Assembly (NCBI GenBank): GCA_018669975.1
Contig: JABHSK010000008.1
Span: forward strand, 2,622-66,621
Origin: Candidatus Parcubacteria bacterium
GTDB lineage: Bacteria > Patescibacteriota > Patescibacteriia > UBA1558 > GWA2-36-10
Direction of reading: 5' to 3'
Length of the DNA: 64,000 nt
Within the stretch, counting starts at the first letter, position 1, and each line of letters begins with the position of its first letter. Position numbers and translations under genes: made by a program. Below the pieces are notes generated by a model, which saw nothing but the letters and a program-made list of their open reading frames with translations, searched no databases and was not told where the DNA came from. Shown one piece after another: positions 39,844 to 49,581 of this stretch.

Positions 39844-40767
39844 ATGTCAAAAAACAACGCACCTAAATTTGCTTTTTTCTACTTACTGTCATTGGTGGCC
39901 TTAGTTTTTACATCTGTGTCAGTGGGCATTATAATTTTTCAAATTATAAACAAAGAAATTGTTGATATTATTGATCAATTTCAAGGTAGCTATTCAGACG
40001 GGGCAATGAAATTCGCTATTTCTACTATCATTATCTCCACACCTATTTATTATTTGACTTCACGGCAGATTTATAAAAACTTATTTAAAGGCAACCTTGA
40101 TGAAGAGTCAGGAGTTCGCAAATGGCTAACTTATCTTATATTGTTAGTATCTATTATAGTAATGATTGGTTGGTTGATTGGTATCATCAACGGCTTCCTA
40201 GACGGCGAATTGACCACAAAGTTTATGCTTAAAGGATTAACTGCCTTAGTTATATCTGGTAGTATTTTCTCTTTTTATCTCTACGACATTCGCCGAGAAA
40301 ATATTAAAGGCAAAAAAGACAAGGTGATTAAAGTTTATTTTTACGCTTCCCTACTAGTTATTTTAGTAGCCTTTGTGTCATCTTGGTTCATCGTTGAATC
40401 TCCTGCTGAAACTAGGAAAAGAAAATCAGACCAAAATATTATTAGTGATTTTTACACAATTGATAGTAGTCTGAGTAATTATTATCAGAAGAATGATGTT
40501 CTGCCACAGAGCTTGGATGATTTGGATATGGATAAATATTCAAGGCTAGATTTAGATGATCTGACAAACCCATTTACTGATAAGAAATATGAATATAAAG
40601 TTATCTCTGAAGATGAATATGAGGTATGTACAGATTTTCAAACTTCAAATAAGGAAGAAGAGTATGACCGCTATAAAGATGATCAGTGGCAGCACGAAGT
40701 AGGTTATCAATGTATAGGGCAGAGAGTAATGGATAGAAAACTTAATGATGTTGAAGTGATAAGATAA
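39844..40767 (+). CDS. Hypothetical membrane protein with extracellular acidic C-terminal domain
   Basis: 307 aa with 4 TM helices in the first 200 aa, then an Asp/Tyr-rich soluble domain. Confidence 0.4.
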   Translation: MSKNNAPKFAFFYLLSLVALVFTSVSVGIIIFQIINKEIVDIIDQFQGSYSDGAMKFAISTIIISTPIYYLTSRQIYKNLFKGNLDEESGVRKWLTYLILLVSIIVMIGWLIGIINGFLDGELTTKFMLKGLTALVISGSIFSFYLYDIRRENIKGKKDKVIKVYFYASLLVILVAFVSSWFIVESPAETRKRKSDQNIISDFYTIDSSLSNYYQKNDVLPQSLDDLDMDKYSRLDLDDLTNPFTDKKYEYKVISEDEYEVCTDFQTSNKEEEYDRYKDDQWQHEVGYQCIGQRVMDRKLNDVEVIR

Positions 40768-40770
40768 TAT

Positions 40771-41508
40771 ATGATTAGCAAAACACAATTAAAATTTTTA
40801 ACTTCTTTGAAACAAAAGAAATATCGTCTTGAGCACCAGCAATTTTTAGTTGATAACCCTAAAGTCATTTTTGAAGAAATAAGTAATGATGCTCTAGATA
40901 GTATTTTTGCTACCCAAAAGTTTTTTCAAGCAAACGAAAATAGTATACCAGTTGATTTGTTTGAGACACTACGTGATAGCGATCTTAAAAAAATAACTTC
41001 TAGTGTTACACCACAGGGAATCGTAGCAGTTTTTAATATAGTTGATCCAAAAGAATTTGATATGCGAGATAAAAGTATTTTGCTTTTGGAAAATATTCAG
41101 GATCCCGGCAACATGGGGACTATTATCAGAACAGCAGACTGGTTTGGATTTGAGAATGTTTTTCTCAGTGAGGACTGTGTAGATATTTACAATCCCAAAG
41201 TGGTAGCAGCTAGTATGGGTTCTATTTTTCATATAAATATTTTTCAAGATCTAGATTTAATGGAATTTGCCAAAGAGTTGAAGCAAAATAAATATCGAGT
41301 GATAGTGAGTGACTTAGAGGGTGGTCAGGATAAAATTGACACCAAGAATAAAGCTGCTTTAGTGATTGGCAATGAAGCTCAAGGTGTATCACTAGAATTA
41401 AAGTCCTTGGCAGATACTAAAGTTAAAATTCCTAAAATTGGCCAGGCAGAGTCACTTAATGCAGCCGTGGCAGCCGGTATTTTTATGCACAAAATAAAGC
41501 AACCATAA
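40771..41508 (+). CDS. TrmH/SpoU-family RNA 2'-O-methyltransferase (RlmB-like)
   Basis: LLLENIQDPGNMGTIIRTADWFGF (SpoU motif 1), LVIGNEAQGVS (motif 2) and IPKIGQAESLNAAVAAGI (motif 3). Confidence 0.8.
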   Translation: MISKTQLKFLTSLKQKKYRLEHQQFLVDNPKVIFEEISNDALDSIFATQKFFQANENSIPVDLFETLRDSDLKKITSSVTPQGIVAVFNIVDPKEFDMRDKSILLLENIQDPGNMGTIIRTADWFGFENVFLSEDCVDIYNPKVVAASMGSIFHINIFQDLDLMEFAKELKQNKYRVIVSDLEGGQDKIDTKNKAALVIGNEAQGVSLELKSLADTKVKIPKIGQAESLNAAVAAGIFMHKIKQP

Positions 41509-41546
41509 GACTTGATTGAAACGCCCATATGTTGTAGTTTATTGTT

Positions 41547-43937
41547 ATGGTAATAAAGGATATATATCTTAGATACAGGGGGGCAATTATAACGACATTC
41601 GCGCTATTTTCTTTTATGATTATAGTATATGTCGTTATTTTTTATGGCTTATCTACTGGTCAAAGGTATATGATGATGCGTAATCCGATTGGTTATAAAA
41701 TCTTGGCCAATTGGCACTCTTTGCGTAAAATAGTCAATATAGTCCATCTTCCCTATTGGTTCAAAGATTCTCAACTAGAGATCTATACTATCGTCATTAG
41801 TCCTAATAATACTCAGGAGATGAACAACTATAAACCAGTCGGTGATGATGGTCTGACATTTGGTAGGATGTTTGATGATCTCAAGCATTATGTTAATGCT
41901 TACTTTGTCGGGAGCCAAGAGTATATTGAAGAAATAGATATTCGCTATCGCGGTATACAAAATAACAATTGGGATGCAGAGAAAACTGCCTTTAGGATAA
42001 AGTTTCCCAAAGAAAATTTATTTCAGGGTCAAAGAAGTTTAAATTTATTTTTACCATATGACCGTGGATTTTTTATTGAGCCGCTGAATTCTCATCGAGC
42101 TGATAAGCTGGGAGTGTTTAGCGCTGAATTTGAATTTGTTCGAGCCATGATCAATGGCCGTGATTTGGGAGTTTACCTAGCATCTGAGCCATGGTCTAAA
42201 GAATTTTTGGCCAAGCAAAATATCATGGACAGTAATAATATTTTTTCCAATAAAGACATAGATGTGTCTGAAGAGGTGATCAAACTATCAATGGATAGAT
42301 TGTCAGATTGGAAAAGCTATACAGCTGAAATAGAGGAAGGTCCATTTGAAGAACTGGCAGCCTTGCTGACTTTGATAGACAAGGCTGACGAACAAGAGTT
42401 TGCAAATAAAATATCAACTCTGGTTAATTTGGAAGAATTTTATGCCTGGCACGCTCTCAATGTTTTGGCAGGCTCCAGTCATCAGAGTGATAACAGTAAT
42501 TCAGTTTTACTTTTTAGACAGGAAACTGGAAGATTTGAGCTAGCGTCTTGGGACGTAAATATTGATAATCCAGATCATTATACTTTGGAGAAAACAAATA
42601 TACTAGCTAGGCGCATTTTAGCTAATCAGCATTTTTTTGAAGAATCTCAAAAAGTCTTGAGTGAATATGTTGAAGATGAAAATAACTTGGTGGATGATTT
42701 AAAGTTTTATGATGATATTTATGAACGCATGAAGCCAGAGTTTTATAATGATCAAGCTAAACTCTACAATGATTTTATGTTTGATGACACTATTGTTAAA
42801 TATCGTGATTGGTTGATTGGTAATTTTGCTAATGCCAAGGAGATAGCTAGTTTAGAACAAACACCGTTTACTTTTCATGCCCCAGAGTCTAGTGGAGAGA
42901 TAGATTTTCAAGGCAGTTTTAAATATCTTAATGATGTATCTTTAAGTTTAGAGCAGTTTTTGGTTAAACATCCACAGTTTATAAAATACGATCAGAATAC
43001 TGTTTGGTTGCCAGGTGGCTCACATATATTTAGAGAGACAGTTGTTGTGCCGCAAGGATTAAAGCTGGAGATTAGACCAGGAGCGCGTTTGTTTTTTGAT
43101 GAGGGTGTATCTATGATTTCCTATAGCCCAGTAGAAGCCAAAGGCAATAAACATTGGCCAATCATTATGAAACCTTTAGCCGCCAATAGGCCATGGGGTA
43201 GTTTTGCTGTAGTTAATGTTGAACAAGAAAATATTTTTGAATATCTAGAGCTTAGCGGAGGATCCAACGATTTGATAAATGGTACATTGTTGACTTCACA
43301 GTTTTCATTGCACAATACAAAATCTATTATTAATTATTGTACTTTCAGCAACAGTCAATCTGATGATGCTTTCCATGCCATACTAGGCTCAGTTAATATC
43401 AGTGATAGTATTTTTAAAAATAATATGGCAGATGCCATCGATGTTGATTATGTGCAAAATAGTTATATTATGAATTCCTTTTTTGACAATGATCAAGCCA
43501 GTGACCACAATGGAGACGCCATTGATCTGTCTGGGGTTGATGATTTCTTTATTATGGACAATGATATTCGCAATCATGGAGATAAATGTATCAGTGTGGG
43601 GGAAGCAGCTAACTTAGACATTACTAATAATATTATTAGTGGTTGTAATATTGGCATTGCCGTTAAAGATAATTCACGAGTCGTTATGGATAATAATATA
43701 ATTATTGGTAATCATGACAGTGGTCTATCTTTATATAGAAAAAAACAGGAGTTTATTAGTGGTGGAGAAGCGTTGCTGCAAGATTCTATTTTATGGGGTA
43801 ATCAAGAACAGCTGAACCAAGATGAACTTTCAAACTTAGAAATTAAAGATTCAATTATTCAGGGTGAGCAGGAGCAGCCAGATTTTCAAACATTATTACC
43901 AAAAGATTTATATCTTTTATATCAGGATAAATTATGA
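41547..43937 (+). CDS. CotH-family atypical protein kinase fused to right-handed parallel beta-helix (NosD/pectate-lyase-like) repeats
   Basis: N-terminal TM helix. CotH core spans about 100-360 (IRYRGIQNNNWDAEKTAFRIKFPKE...LNLFLPYDRGFFIEPL...FEFVRAMINGRDLGVYLASE). The C-terminal 300 aa hold repeated beta-helix turns (ISGCNIGIAVKDNSRVVMDNNIIIGNHDSGLSLY). Confidence 0.6.
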   Translation: MVIKDIYLRYRGAIITTFALFSFMIIVYVVIFYGLSTGQRYMMMRNPIGYKILANWHSLRKIVNIVHLPYWFKDSQLEIYTIVISPNNTQEMNNYKPVGDDGLTFGRMFDDLKHYVNAYFVGSQEYIEEIDIRYRGIQNNNWDAEKTAFRIKFPKENLFQGQRSLNLFLPYDRGFFIEPLNSHRADKLGVFSAEFEFVRAMINGRDLGVYLASEPWSKEFLAKQNIMDSNNIFSNKDIDVSEEVIKLSMDRLSDWKSYTAEIEEGPFEELAALLTLIDKADEQEFANKISTLVNLEEFYAWHALNVLAGSSHQSDNSNSVLLFRQETGRFELASWDVNIDNPDHYTLEKTNILARRILANQHFFEESQKVLSEYVEDENNLVDDLKFYDDIYERMKPEFYNDQAKLYNDFMFDDTIVKYRDWLIGNFANAKEIASLEQTPFTFHAPESSGEIDFQGSFKYLNDVSLSLEQFLVKHPQFIKYDQNTVWLPGGSHIFRETVVVPQGLKLEIRPGARLFFDEGVSMISYSPVEAKGNKHWPIIMKPLAANRPWGSFAVVNVEQENIFEYLELSGGSNDLINGTLLTSQFSLHNTKSIINYCTFSNSQSDDAFHAILGSVNISDSIFKNNMADAIDVDYVQNSYIMNSFFDNDQASDHNGDAIDLSGVDDFFIMDNDIRNHGDKCISVGEAANLDITNNIISGCNIGIAVKDNSRVVMDNNIIIGNHDSGLSLYRKKQEFISGGEALLQDSILWGNQEQLNQDELSNLEIKDSIIQGEQEQPDFQTLLPKDLYLLYQDKL

Positions 43938-44665
43938 ATCAGGATCGACACAGATTTGAATTCAAATATCAAATGACAGTTCAGACTGCCGAGGAGATTG
44001 CTAAATATATTCAAAAATTTGGCATGAAGCGAGACAAGCACGCTTCACCCATAGATGGTAGCTATGTAGTCACTAGCCTTTATTTTGATTCTTTTAGATT
44101 GTCTGATTATGTGGAAAAATCTGCTGGATTGACTAAACGAAAAAAAATACGTATGCGTATTTATGAGCCATATCTTAAAGATTCTGATTATGTTTTTTTT
44201 GAAATTAAGCACAAGGAAGATATGACCAATCGCAAGACCAAGGTCATGCTATCTAGACAGGAAGCAGAGGATCTTATGAAGTATGGCACGTCAGTTTTAG
44301 CTAGACGGGAATGGAAAGAGGGCGAGGATGAAATTAGAAATCGTTTTTTACATTTTTTAATCAGAGAGCCAGTCAAACCAAATTTGATTGTCAGATACAA
44401 GCGTCGGCCATTCATGAACCACGATAAAAGTCTGCGCGTTACCTTTGACTCTAATATTGAGGCCTGCCTGCAAAGAAATTTAGTTGATAATAAATTTATG
44501 GAGCAGGTTAGTGGCGACATGGTGACCATGGAAGTAAAATTTGCCTATACGTTGCCTTTTTGGTTAAAATCTGTAATAGTAAAGCATAATCTTAAGCGGG
44601 ATGCCTATTCTAAATACGCTCGTAGCCTAGAAGAGATTTATAAATATACCCCATTACTTCGTTAA
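43934..44665 (+). CDS. VTC-domain (polyphosphate-polymerase-like / CYTH-like) protein
   Basis: RFEFKYQMTVQTAEEI...TSLYFDSFRLSDY...KIRMRIYEP...FFEIKHKEDMTNRKTKV follows the VTC-domain pattern (E-x-K-Y ... YFD ... R-x-R ... E-x-K). The ATGA overlap with the CotH gene suggests translational coupling. Confidence 0.6.
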   Translation: MNQDRHRFEFKYQMTVQTAEEIAKYIQKFGMKRDKHASPIDGSYVVTSLYFDSFRLSDYVEKSAGLTKRKKIRMRIYEPYLKDSDYVFFEIKHKEDMTNRKTKVMLSRQEAEDLMKYGTSVLARREWKEGEDEIRNRFLHFLIREPVKPNLIVRYKRRPFMNHDKSLRVTFDSNIEACLQRNLVDNKFMEQVSGDMVTMEVKFAYTLPFWLKSVIVKHNLKRDAYSKYARSLEEIYKYTPLLR

Positions 44666-44686
44666 TAAAAATTAAATTTAAATACT

Positions 44687-45367
44687 ATGGAAGATCTATT
44701 GAATTTTTCAAACCTTACCCTAATAGAATATAGCTCAGCAGTTATTGTAACTAATATTTTAGTAGCCTTTGTACTTAGTTTGTTAATTGCCTGGGTTTAT
44801 CAGAAAACTCATCGGGGCATTTCCTATTCCCAGTCATTTGTTACATCTTTGGTGATGATGAATGTGTTGTCTACTATCGCAATGATGATATTAGGTAATA
44901 ATTTGATACGGGCCTTAGGAATTTTAGGTGTATTTACCTTGCTTAGATTTAGAACGATAATCAAAGATACTCGTGATGCTACTTATTTATTTTTCGCCTT
45001 AGCTATTGGTATGGCAGTTGGTACGAACAACTATACTATTGCTGCCATCGGCACAGTGATGCTGCTTTTGATCAATATCATCTTATATAAAGTAAATTTT
45101 GGTTCAGTGGTACGCGAGGGATTTTTATTAACCTTAACTATCAATAAAGATTTTGAAGAGAGTTCCTACAAAGACATTTTTTCTAAAAATCTCTTATCTC
45201 ATAAGCTATTACAAATTAAAACCAGATCAGAAGGTGATGGTGAGTATTATTTTTCTGTGCGTTTCAAAAAAGACGATGTCAAAGAAGTGTTTCTTAAGGA
45301 AATTAAATCTTTGCCCGGAGTTATGTTCGTGGATCTAGTCACTAGTCGTGATGCAGCTGAGTATTAA
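44687..45367 (+). CDS. DUF4956-family membrane protein
   Basis: 4 TM helices with the characteristic LGILGVFTLLRFRT..KD.RD..Y.F.A...G...G segment of DUF4956, which is recurrently encoded next to VTC-domain and CotH genes. Confidence 0.6.
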   Translation: MEDLLNFSNLTLIEYSSAVIVTNILVAFVLSLLIAWVYQKTHRGISYSQSFVTSLVMMNVLSTIAMMILGNNLIRALGILGVFTLLRFRTIIKDTRDATYLFFALAIGMAVGTNNYTIAAIGTVMLLLINIILYKVNFGSVVREGFLLTLTINKDFEESSYKDIFSKNLLSHKLLQIKTRSEGDGEYYFSVRFKKDDVKEVFLKEIKSLPGVMFVDLVTSRDAAEY

Positions 45368-45368
45368 T

Positions 45369-45824
45369 ATGCATAAAGCATATTATAAATCACCCATCGG
45401 TATTTTAGAGATTGTGGCTAATAATAAAGGAATTACGGCCATTAGTTTTGTTAAAATTAAATCAAATAATTCAAAATCCAATGCACTTATCACTAGGTGC
45501 ATTGTTCAATTAAAAGAATATTTTTCTGGACAAAGAAAAACATTTGATGTTCCGATAGTCATCGAGGGTACCGAATGGCAAGTTAGGGTTTGGACCGAGT
45601 TAACCAAAATACCCTTTGGTAGTATTATAGCCTATCAAGATTTAGCTGCTATGTCTGGCAACAAGCAAGCAGCTAGGGCGGTTGGTAATGCAGTCAATAA
45701 AAATAAAATTCCAATAATTATACCCTGTCACAGAGTCCTAGGTAGTAGCGGAAAACTTGTTGGCTATGAAGGGGGTTTGTGGCGTAAAAAATACTTATTA
45801 GAGCAAGAAATTAAATATAGTTAA
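45369..45824 (+). CDS. ogt: Methylated-DNA--protein-cysteine methyltransferase
   Basis: IPIIIPCHRVLGSSGKLVGYEGGLWRKKYLLEQE: the PCHRV active site and the helix-turn-helix of the MGMT family. Start chosen at MHKAYYK (ATG 45369) to avoid overlap with the upstream stop. Confidence 0.85.
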   Translation: MHKAYYKSPIGILEIVANNKGITAISFVKIKSNNSKSNALITRCIVQLKEYFSGQRKTFDVPIVIEGTEWQVRVWTELTKIPFGSIIAYQDLAAMSGNKQAARAVGNAVNKNKIPIIIPCHRVLGSSGKLVGYEGGLWRKKYLLEQEIKYS

Positions 45825-45862
45825 TTTTTGACTTATATGTAATTTTGGCATAATATAACTAT

Positions 45863-47650
45863 ATGAATCCGGTAGAAGAAGTTAAGAATAAACTTGATAT
45901 TGTGGAGATAGTTTCAGGCTATATTAGCTTGAATCAGGTCGGTGGCAACTTTAAAGCTTGCTGCCCTTTTCATAATGAAAAAACACCAAGTTTCATGGTA
46001 TCTAAAGAAAAACAAATTTACCATTGTTTTGGCTGTGATAAGGGTGGAGATGTAATTAGTTTTGTGCAGGAGTATGAAGGGATAGATTTTAAAGAGGCCT
46101 TGAGAATTTTAGCTCAAAAAGCCAACGTGCCTCTTAGTGGGTTTAGCTTTAAACAAAAACAAGATTATAGTCGTCTTTATGAAATAAATAACTTAGCCGC
46201 CGATTTTTATCACAACTTGTTGATGCAGGATTCGCAAGTTGGTAAAAAAGTACTCAAATATTTAGATAATAGAAAAATCAATAAAGGCAGTCTCACTAAT
46301 TGGAGACTGGGTCTATCAGGAGAAAGTTGGGATGGGCTACTCAAGTATTTAATTTCCAAAGGTTTTAAAGAGCAGGATATATTTGAGGCCGGTCTTATTT
46401 TAAGGAAAAAAGATGGTAGTGGGTATTTAGATCGTTTTCGTAAACGATTAATGTTTCCCATTTCTGATACACAGGGTAGGGTGGTTGCTTTTACTTCACG
46501 AACTTTATCTGGTATTGCCTATGATGAAATTGAGCAGGGTGGTAAATATATAAACAGTCCCCAAACCGCCATTTATGATAAGAGTAAAGTTTTGTATGGC
46601 TGGCATTTAGCCAAAGATACGATTCGCAAGAAAAAATATTTGATTATAGTAGAGGGCAACATGGATGCCATCGCTGTATCTCAGACTAGTTCCAAAAATG
46701 TTGTGGCAGTATCTGGTACAGCTCTAACCGCTGATCATATTAAATTGATTAAAAGGTACGCTAATAATATTATTTTGGCCTTTGATGGTGATGCAGCTGG
46801 ATCACGAGCAGCTTTTAGGAGTGTGGTGCTAGGTTGGCAAAATGATATGAACCTGAAGATATTGATTTTACTCAAAGGAAAGGATCCGGCAGACATCGTC
46901 AAAGAGGATCCGCAGAAGTGGTTGCAATTGGTCAAAGATTCAGTGCAGGTCATGGATTATTATTTTAAACGTATTATTGCTGGCGTTGATTTGAGTCGGG
47001 CAGATCACAAGAAGATAGCTATTAGTAAATTATTGCCGATTATTAAATTTCTAAAGAGTCAGGTAGAGCAGGCGCACTATTTAAAATTGATTTCCGATAG
47101 GTTGCAAATACCTTTAGAGATATTACAACAAGATTTAACTAGTACAAAGTCTTTTATAGAAAATCAACAAACCCCGACTACTAAGAGTAATGAAACACAG
47201 AAGAGGGTCTCGTTTTCTCTTAGCGAAGAGTTGTTGTCACTGGTCTTTTTAAAGGGTATTTATCTTGAAAAATTGGTCGCCGAAGTCGAGCCAGAGATGG
47301 TTTCTTCTGACCTAGAGTCCCTTTACAGAAAGGTTGTAATCTACTATACTAAGCATCAGAATTTGGATAATTTCATAGATTATTCAGAATTAGACAATAA
47401 TGAAAAAGAAGCATGGGTAAGATTGTCTATGCTAGGCGAGAAAGACTATCAAAGTTTATCAGATACTGAATTGCTAGATAGTTTTGAAAGTATGTTGTCC
47501 AATCTCAAATTACGTCATCTAGAGGATAAACGGAAAGAGTTAATTGTTGATATTAAGCAGTCGGAATTGACGGGTGATGAACAAAAAGTCAATCAATTAG
47601 AAAGTGAAATTCATTTATTAGGAAAAGAAATAGAAAAGTTAAAAAAATAA
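45863..47650 (+). CDS. dnaG: DNA primase
   Basis: CHC2 zinc finger [35 protein letters not shown]. The Toprim domain reads [13 protein letters not shown] ... AFDGDAAG. Confidence 0.9.
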   Translation: MNPVEEVKNKLDIVEIVSGYISLNQVGGNFKACCPFHNEKTPSFMVSKEKQIYHCFGCDKGGDVISFVQEYEGIDFKEALRILAQKANVPLSGFSFKQKQDYSRLYEINNLAADFYHNLLMQDSQVGKKVLKYLDNRKINKGSLTNWRLGLSGESWDGLLKYLISKGFKEQDIFEAGLILRKKDGSGYLDRFRKRLMFPISDTQGRVVAFTSRTLSGIAYDEIEQGGKYINSPQTAIYDKSKVLYGWHLAKDTIRKKKYLIIVEGNMDAIAVSQTSSKNVVAVSGTALTADHIKLIKRYANNIILAFDGDAAGSRAAFRSVVLGWQNDMNLKILILLKGKDPADIVKEDPQKWLQLVKDSVQVMDYYFKRIIAGVDLSRADHKKIAISKLLPIIKFLKSQVEQAHYLKLISDRLQIPLEILQQDLTSTKSFIENQQTPTTKSNETQKRVSFSLSEELLSLVFLKGIYLEKLVAEVEPEMVSSDLESLYRKVVIYYTKHQNLDNFIDYSELDNNEKEAWVRLSMLGEKDYQSLSDTELLDSFESMLSNLKLRHLEDKRKELIVDIKQSELTGDEQKVNQLESEIHLLGKEIEKLKK

Positions 47651-47663
47651 TTTACAGCTAAAT

Positions 47664-49028
47664 ATGCCTGTAAAGAAAAAGACTACAATTAAAAAGAAGA
47701 TCACTAAGAAAGTGGTCAAAAAAAACACTGCCAAAAAAAGCAGTGCTACCAAACCTATCAAGGTACGTAAACCGGTTGCCAAAAAGAAAAAAGCAACGGT
47801 CAAAAAAACTACCAGCAAAAAGGTAACTAAAAAAACTCCTAAAAAAGTGGTTAAGAAAACCAAGGCAGTTAAAAAAGTTGCCAAGAAAACAACTAAGATT
47901 GCCAAGAAAAAGGCGGTCAAAAAAGTAAAAGCTCCAAAGGCAAAACTTAATAAGGACTTGGTTGAAAATTTAATCAAGAAATCTCGTTCACGTAGCTTTA
48001 TTACAGAAGACGAGGTCTTGAGGATTTTTACAGACATGGAAGATTATACTTCAAGCTTTGAAGATTTCCTAGATACATTGGATGACCTAGCTATTCAGAT
48101 TATTGCCACCGAAGGCGGTATTCTGGATATGCAAGCCAATGCTTCCGATATTTTATCAAAATCAGGATTAGGTAGCGACAAGAATCGTGGTGACCTGACA
48201 GATATTGCATCGGATTCTATTCAGATGTATCTCAGAGAAATAGGCAAAGTGCCTTTGCTAAAAGGAGAGGAAGAGGTAATGTATGCCAAGCGTAAGGAAA
48301 GAGGACAGTTGGATGCTAAAAAGAAGTTGATTGAAGCAAATCTTCGTTTGGTAGTTAGTATTGCCAAAAAATTTACTGGCAGGTCACTGACACTTTTGGA
48401 TTTGATCCAAGAAGGTAACATCGGGTTATTTAGAGCAGTGGAGAAATTTGATTACCGCAAGGGGTATAAATTTTCTACCTATGCAACTTGGTGGATTCGC
48501 CAGGCTATTACTCGTGCCCTAGCTGATCAATCTAGAACTATCAGAATTCCAGTTCATATGGTTGAAACAATTAATCGTTTTAATCAAATAGAGCGTAGAC
48601 TAGTCCAAGAATTGGGCAGAGATCCATTGCCAGAAGAAATTGCTGCTGAGATGGGCGAAGAAGTTGACAAGATTAGACAGATTATAAAAATATCCCAAGA
48701 GACAGTTTCTTTGGAAGCATCAGTTGGTGATGATGATGAAGATAGTACTCTAGGAGACTTCATTGAAGATGAGAAGAATATCGGTCCTGACAAAGTAGCT
48801 TCATTAAAGTTATTAAGTGATCATGTTAAAAAAGTTATTTCTGATTTGACTCCTCGAGAGCAGAAAATTTTGGAGATGCGCTTCGGTCTAAGTGACGGAG
48901 TAGCACATACCTTGGAAGAAGTTGGACAGGAATTTGGTGTGACTCGTGAGCGTATTAGACAGATAGAAGCCAAGGCTCTAGAGCGTATCAAAAAGCACGA
49001 AGACATGAGAAAATTGAGAGATTACTAA
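47664..49028 (+). CDS. rpoD: RNA polymerase sigma-70 factor RpoD with Lys-rich N-terminal extension
   Basis: Region 2 [40 protein letters not shown]. Region 4 [24 protein letters not shown]. The N-terminal roughly 95 aa are a K/T/V-rich low-complexity tract. Follows dnaG as in the conserved macromolecular-synthesis operon. Confidence 0.9.
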   Translation: MPVKKKTTIKKKITKKVVKKNTAKKSSATKPIKVRKPVAKKKKATVKKTTSKKVTKKTPKKVVKKTKAVKKVAKKTTKIAKKKAVKKVKAPKAKLNKDLVENLIKKSRSRSFITEDEVLRIFTDMEDYTSSFEDFLDTLDDLAIQIIATEGGILDMQANASDILSKSGLGSDKNRGDLTDIASDSIQMYLREIGKVPLLKGEEEVMYAKRKERGQLDAKKKLIEANLRLVVSIAKKFTGRSLTLLDLIQEGNIGLFRAVEKFDYRKGYKFSTYATWWIRQAITRALADQSRTIRIPVHMVETINRFNQIERRLVQELGRDPLPEEIAAEMGEEVDKIRQIIKISQETVSLEASVGDDDEDSTLGDFIEDEKNIGPDKVASLKLLSDHVKKVISDLTPREQKILEMRFGLSDGVAHTLEEVGQEFGVTRERIRQIEAKALERIKKHEDMRKLRDY

Positions 49029-49046
49029 AGATATATTACAATTTAA

Positions 49047-49082
49047 AACCCGCCCAGTCGAATAGATTTAGGGCGGGTTTTA
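49047..49082 (+). terminator. Rho-independent terminator after rpoD
   Basis: aaacccgccc-agtcgaatagattta-gggcgggtttta. Confidence 0.8.
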
Positions 49083-49094
49083 CTTATCATTTTT

Positions 49095-49571
49095 TTGTGT
49101 TATCATAAACTTATGTTTCTAACACCACATACTTCAGTAGCTTTATGGATAACCACCAAGGTCGATAATCCCGGCCTGGCTTTTGTTTTTGCCCTAATTT
49201 CTCATTTTATTTTGGACATTATTCCACACGGAGACGAGTCTATCGGCAAGCATAAAGCCAAGGGTCGAGCAAGATTTTTTTATCTAGTTAAGGTAGCTTT
49301 TGTGGACATTATTTTAGCAACTATATTGGTATATTATTATATAATGCAAAACAATGGTTTTGACAGAATGATTATGGTTGGTGCACTGATGGGTGCTTGG
49401 GTACCTGATTTTCTCTGGATAGGCATTGAGACTTTTAGACTTCGCTTTCTAAACTTCTACATAAGGTTTCATAGTCGGGTGCATCGTTTGATAGATTGGC
49501 ATTATTCACCAGTATATGGTGTGCCTTTTCAAATCATATTCACCCTGTTTATGATTAAGATGGCTTTTTGA
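49095..49571 (+). CDS. Hypothetical membrane protein
   Basis: 158 aa with 4 predicted TM helices. Confidence 0.4.
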   Translation: MCYHKLMFLTPHTSVALWITTKVDNPGLAFVFALISHFILDIIPHGDESIGKHKAKGRARFFYLVKVAFVDIILATILVYYYIMQNNGFDRMIMVGALMGAWVPDFLWIGIETFRLRFLNFYIRFHSRVHRLIDWHYSPVYGVPFQIIFTLFMIKMAF

Positions 49572-49581
49572 TAACAAGCAA

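Noticed and set aside
45348-45368. ORF-track start of ogt at 45348 (MMQLSINM...) overlapping the DUF4956 gene
   Set aside because: The overlap with the upstream stop and the canonical MGMT N-terminus favour the ATG at 45369 (MHKAYYKSPIGILEI).
47664-47950. Periodic aaaaag/aagaaaa repeats that superficially resemble a short repeat array
   Set aside because: They are in-frame Lys codons of the RpoD N-terminal polybasic tract (similarly in the ppsA tail 33540-33582 and rnj 12900-13119). They are not a CRISPR array or minisatellite: they have no unique spacers and no constant-length repeats.
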